Positions 31,627 through 34,799 of a stretch of 34,799 bases of DNA are shown here, in pieces. Both the position numbers and the translations under genes were made by a program. This DNA is from Terriglobales bacterium (GTDB lineage: Bacteria > Acidobacteriota > Terriglobia > Terriglobales > Acidobacteriaceae), in assembly GCA_035763305.1 (NCBI GenBank), contig DASUBK010000471.1:1-34799 (forward strand), read 5' to 3'. The notes below the pieces were generated by a model. That model saw only the letters and a list, made by a program, of their open reading frames with translations, did no database searches and was not told the origin of the DNA. Numbering within the stretch: position 1 is the first letter of the stretch; each line of letters opens with the position of its first letter.

Positions 31627-32247
31627 ATGAAAGGCAGCAGATTCCTACTCACGGCGGGACTGGCAGCGGCATTGGCCGGCAGCGCGATGGCGGCGCCTCC
31701 GCAGCGCGGTAACGACGACGACCACGGGCGCGCAACTACCGCCTGGCAGCAGGGCCGGCGAGATCGCGATGGCGACGAGAACCGCGCGCGCCAGGGCGAC
31801 CGCGGCGATCGTAATCGCGGCGCGTGGAACCAGGGTGACCGTGACGACCGCAATCGCGGCGCGTGGCAGAACCAGGACCGCGACGGCGACCGCGATCGTC
31901 GCAACGGCGGCTACTACGGATATCCCAGCAACGGACCCTATAGCGGCGTGTACAACGGCCCGGCGTACGGCGGCCCGGGATATCCCGTGTACGGCAGCAA
32001 TGGCGGCTACGGCTACGGCAACCCGCAGCAGATCGGGTTTAACGACGGACTGCGCGACGGCCAGAACGACCGCGCCAGCGGCCACAGCTTCCGTTTCATG
32101 CAGAACGACAACTACAAGCGCGCCACCGACGGCTATGCCGGCGGCATGGATAAGAGCGCATACCAGCAGGCGTACCGCGACGGCTACATGCGCGGCTACC
32201 AGCAGGGCTACCAGGGCGGCGGATACGGCTATGGCTATCCCCGCTAA
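31627..32247 (+). CDS. Secreted low-complexity protein (D/R/N/G-rich, then G/Y/P-rich, then a DG/Y-rich C-terminal region)
   Basis: Signal peptide MKGSRFLLTAGLAAALAGSAMA. A 39-nt direct repeat (aatcgcggcgcgtgg at 31813-31827 and 31852-31866) encodes DRNRGAW units. SD GAGGTG is upstream. Confidence 0.6.
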   Translation: MKGSRFLLTAGLAAALAGSAMAAPPQRGNDDDHGRATTAWQQGRRDRDGDENRARQGDRGDRNRGAWNQGDRDDRNRGAWQNQDRDGDRDRRNGGYYGYPSNGPYSGVYNGPAYGGPGYPVYGSNGGYGYGNPQQIGFNDGLRDGQNDRASGHSFRFMQNDNYKRATDGYAGGMDKSAYQQAYRDGYMRGYQQGYQGGGYGYGYPR

Positions 32248-32317
32248 AGTTCTCGCGCGCTAACCGGCGCGCGAGGATCGCGGATCGAGGCAGGTGATCG
32301 AGACGCGGTGACGCAGA

Positions 32318-32348
32318 AACCCCGCCTTCCTCCAGGGCGGGGTTTTTG
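32318..32348 (+). terminator. Rho-independent terminator
   Basis: Perfect 9-bp stem aaccccgcc (32318-32326) / ggcggggtt (32336-32344) with a 9-nt loop, running into TTTTT (32343-32347). Confidence 0.75.
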
Positions 32349-32421
32349 CTGTGCTCTCAAGAGAAATGGGTAGGCCCCGGCACGGCGCGGGGCCGGCGGC
32401 AACCTGTCGGCGGGAGCTTGT

Positions 32422-32461
32422 ATGTTGCATCGGCAACATTCCTATGTTGTAATTGCAACAT
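32422..32461 (+). promoter_or_regulatory. Two tandem ATGTTG...CAACAT palindromes: candidate MarR operator pair
   Basis: ATGTTGC-atcg-GCAACAT at 32422-32439 (perfect 7-bp arms). ATGTTGtaattgCAACAT at 32444-32461 (6-bp arms), whose last bases overlap the nitroreductase ATG at 32460. Centre-to-centre distance is 22 bp. Confidence 0.55.
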
Positions 32462-33170
32462 GACGGACGCTCTCCCTGCCATCTTCCACCGCCGGGCGGT
32501 CAAGGTTTTCGAACCGGTCGAAATCTCCGCCGCCTTCCGCGAGCAGATGCTCGACGCGGCCCGGCACGCTCCTTCCAGTTTCAATATGCAGCCGTACCGT
32601 CTCTACTGGGTGGAATCCGCTGCCGGCCGGCGCGCCGTCGCGGAACTTTGCTATGGCCAGAGACCTGCAGCCACCGCATCGGCACTGGTGGTCGCCGTCG
32701 CCGACATCGGCGCGTTGCGCTCCACCGCCGATCTGCAGGCGGAGTGGATGCGTGCCACCAACATTGGCCCAGATAAAATACGCAACTACGAGCGTACCGC
32801 TCGCCTCGGCCGCATCATCTTCGCGCCCGGGCCGCTCAATCTATTCGGAACGTTCAAATGGTTGGTCTTCCGCCTAATCAATGCCTGGAAGATCGTCGGC
32901 CTGCCGCCGCGCTCGCGCCAGGACCTGTTCAAGTGGGCGGTGAAGGGCACGGCGCTCGCCTGCGAGAACCTGATGATCGCCGCCGAGGCCCTGGAACTGA
33001 ACACCTGCCCGATGGAAGGATTCGACGGCCGCCGGCTGGCGCGCTTTCTCGGCCTGTTGGCCCGTTACCATGAGATCGTCATGGTGATTGCAATCGGCAA
33101 GCAGTCGCTCGCGCACCCGGTTCCGCCGCAGTGGCGGCGTCCCATCGACACCACGGTAACCGTCTTATGA
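32460..33170 (+). CDS. Nitroreductase family protein
   Basis: 236 aa from ATG 32460. HAPSSFNMQPYRLYWV and the C-terminal CPMEGFD are typical of nitroreductases. The track ORF from 32346 runs through the upstream terminator and operator region. Confidence 0.8.
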   Translation: MTDALPAIFHRRAVKVFEPVEISAAFREQMLDAARHAPSSFNMQPYRLYWVESAAGRRAVAELCYGQRPAATASALVVAVADIGALRSTADLQAEWMRATNIGPDKIRNYERTARLGRIIFAPGPLNLFGTFKWLVFRLINAWKIVGLPPRSRQDLFKWAVKGTALACENLMIAAEALELNTCPMEGFDGRRLARFLGLLARYHEIVMVIAIGKQSLAHPVPPQWRRPIDTTVTVL

Positions 33171-33601
33171 TCGTCAGCAAGCCTGTCCCGCAGGACATTC
33201 TCCAGGATTCGGTGCTCGCTCACATTGCCGCTGCCTACTTCGCCGTAGGCAGGCGGTTGGAGCGAAAGACCGGATGCTCCGCAACCCGCGGTTTCATTCT
33301 GAATGCGCTGCGCGACGGGGCCGCTCTCAACCAGAACCAGGTGGCGACGGCGCTCGGCCTGGATCGCACCGTCGTGCACCGCGCCATCAGGAGCATGGTT
33401 CGCGAGGGGCTGCTCAGCGAACGAAAGGCCGCCTCAGGGCGGGCCATCGATCTGAAACTGACCGCCAAGGGCAACCGCTACCACGAGCGCCTGATCCAGC
33501 AGCGCCGTGCCGCCGACGAGAAACTGCGCAAAGCGCTGCCGCCGGCTGACCGGGAGAGCCTTGTCCGCGTGTTGCGGTTGATTGCGGAGCTCGAGCTTTA
33601 A
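33167..33601 (+). CDS. MarR family transcriptional regulator
   Basis: 144 aa. ATG 33167 overlaps the nitroreductase stop (ATGA). Winged-helix region LNQNQVATALGLDRTVVHRAIRSMVREGLLSERKAASGRAIDLKLTAKG. Confidence 0.85.
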   Translation: MIVSKPVPQDILQDSVLAHIAAAYFAVGRRLERKTGCSATRGFILNALRDGAALNQNQVATALGLDRTVVHRAIRSMVREGLLSERKAASGRAIDLKLTAKGNRYHERLIQQRRAADEKLRKALPPADRESLVRVLRLIAELEL

Positions 33602-33686
33602 TCTTCCGCTGTCGTCCCGCAAGGTCGTCCGACGGGGACCAATTTTCGGCGCTAACCTCTTTCTGCCGCGCCAGTCCAACCCGGCG

Positions 33687-34799
33687 ATGAGCCATACCTC
33701 GCGCGAACACACAGGTTTGCCTTGGGCGGATGGAGTACGCCAGGATCTGCGTTACTCCCTGCGCGGCATGCGCTGGAACGCCGGTTTCACTCTGATCGCC
33801 GTGTGCATCCTGGGGCTTGGCATCGGCGCCAACGTGGCGGTGTTCAGCGTCGTCAATGCGCTGCTGTTGCGCCCGCTGCCCTTCGCGGAGCCGCAGCGCC
33901 TGGTGCGAATCCTGTCGAAGCGCTCCGCCGGCGGCGAATCAAGCCAGACCTATTCCGCCGACGCCTTCGAGCAGCTCCAGCAGCGCACCCGCGCCTTCGA
34001 GCAGGTGAGCGGCTACTACGCCTTCTCCGCGCCCGACAATTACAAGCTGCAGGGCAAGGGCCAGCCGGAGCCGGCGACCGCGTTGTTCGTCGCCGGCAAC
34101 TTCTTTGCGACGCTCGGCGTGCAGCCGATGCTGGGCCGCACCTTCTCCCCCGAAGAAATGGTCCACAACGGCCGCCAGGCTGTGCTGATGAGTTACCTGT
34201 TTTGGAAGCGGCGCTTCGCGGCCAATCCGTCGCTGGTGGGACAGACGATCGACCTCAATGGAGCGCCGGTGAGCGTCATCGGCGTGTTGCCGCCAAGCTT
34301 CGATTTCGGCTCCGTCTTCTCCCCCGGGGCGAAGGTGGACCTCTACGCGCCCGCCATCATGGATGACATTCGCGACCAGGGAAACACCATGGCGCTGGTG
34401 GCGCGCATGAAGCCGGGAGTCAGTCTGGGCCAGGCGCAAGCGGAAGCCGACATGATCTTCCCCGGCCTCGATTTCAACGCCAAGCACCCCAACTGGCGGG
34501 CGAACTACAGCGGACGCCTGCTGCGGCTGGACGATTACGTCAGCGGAAAAATCCGCCGCTCGCTGATCGTGCTTTGGGGCGCCGTGGGGCTGATCCTGCT
34601 GATCGTGTGCGTGAATCTTTCCAACCTGCTGCTGGCGCGGGCGGCGGCGCGCACCCGCGAGTTCGCCATGCGCAGCGCTCTGGGCGCCTCGCGGGCGCGG
34701 CTGGTGCGGCAGTTGCTGACCGAGAGCCTGGTGCTCTCGGCCGCCGGGGCGCTGGTCGGGCTGGCGGTGGCATTTGCCATCACCACGTACCTGGCGCAG
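33687..34799 (+). CDS. FtsX/MacB-like ABC transporter permease (ADOP-type), 3' end off-window
   Basis: This ORF is not in the supplied track. I read it directly: ATG 33687, then 371 sense codons to the window end. QDLRYSLRGMRWNAGFTLIAVCILGLGIGANVAVFSVVNALLLRPLPFAEPQRLV is the characteristic N-terminus. It is followed by a MacB-like periplasmic region and the first FtsX helices (LIVLWGAVGLILLIVCVNLSNLLLARAAARTREFAMRSALGASR). Confidence 0.85.
   Translation, partial: MSHTSREHTGLPWADGVRQDLRYSLRGMRWNAGFTLIAVCILGLGIGANVAVFSVVNALLLRPLPFAEPQRLVRILSKRSAGGESSQTYSADAFEQLQQRTRAFEQVSGYYAFSAPDNYKLQGKGQPEPATALFVAGNFFATLGVQPMLGRTFSPEEMVHNGRQAVLMSYLFWKRRFAANPSLVGQTIDLNGAPVSVIGVLPPSFDFGSVFSPGAKVDLYAPAIMDDIRDQGNTMALVARMKPGVSLGQAQAEADMIFPGLDFNAKHPNWRANYSGRLLRLDDYVSGKIRRSLIVLWGAVGLILLIVCVNLSNLLLARAAARTREFAMRSALGASRARLVRQLLTESLVLSAAGALVGLAVAFAITTYLAQ

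Overview
High-GC (~65%) chromosomal segment. Gene content (ADOP/MacB-like permease, many SRPBCC/amidohydrolase-type genes) and the style of its intergenic repeats suggest an Acidobacteriota (Terriglobia-like) genome; that assignment is inference. I support about 38 protein-coding genes and see no rRNA, tRNA, CRISPR array, IS element or integrase. Genes on the + strand at 1-7375: tetR, DUF1761, two SRPBCC genes, a membrane/small-protein pair, a ferredoxin and a PIG-L deacetylase, with one amidohydrolase on the - strand. A single 21.7-kb block on the - strand (7481-29237) follows. Its core is a haem/respiratory cluster: hemH, a Rieske protein with a repeat-bearing N-terminal extension, a split b6-type cytochrome b, a 1107-aa octahaem cytochrome c, an amicyanin-like cupredoxin lipoprotein, ctaA and ctaB. 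Next come an orphan GvpA-like gene, a glycine-zipper protein, VKOR, an ABC-2 exporter, DUF420, a small unknown ORF and a HEAT/lipoyl-like protein. The upstream part of the block carries NAD-IDH, nrdR, a flippase-like protein, a lytic transglycosylase, a Cof-type HAD hydrolase and a beta-barrel OMP. The last part is on the + strand (29490-34799): mntH, a GAF protein, a low-complexity secreted protein, a nitroreductase-marR pair with two visible operator palindromes, and an FtsX/MacB-type permease that runs off the window and is missing from the supplied ORF track. The feature least explained by the genes is that nearly every intergenic gap holds degenerate 7-8-nt tandem words followed by their reverse complement, giving long imperfect hairpins. 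Several word families recur at distant loci and some extend into ORF ends. No defence, toxin-antitoxin or mobile system is evident. The most unusual biology is the bc-type complex architecture, the Rieske extension, the orphan GvpA-like gene and the repeat families.
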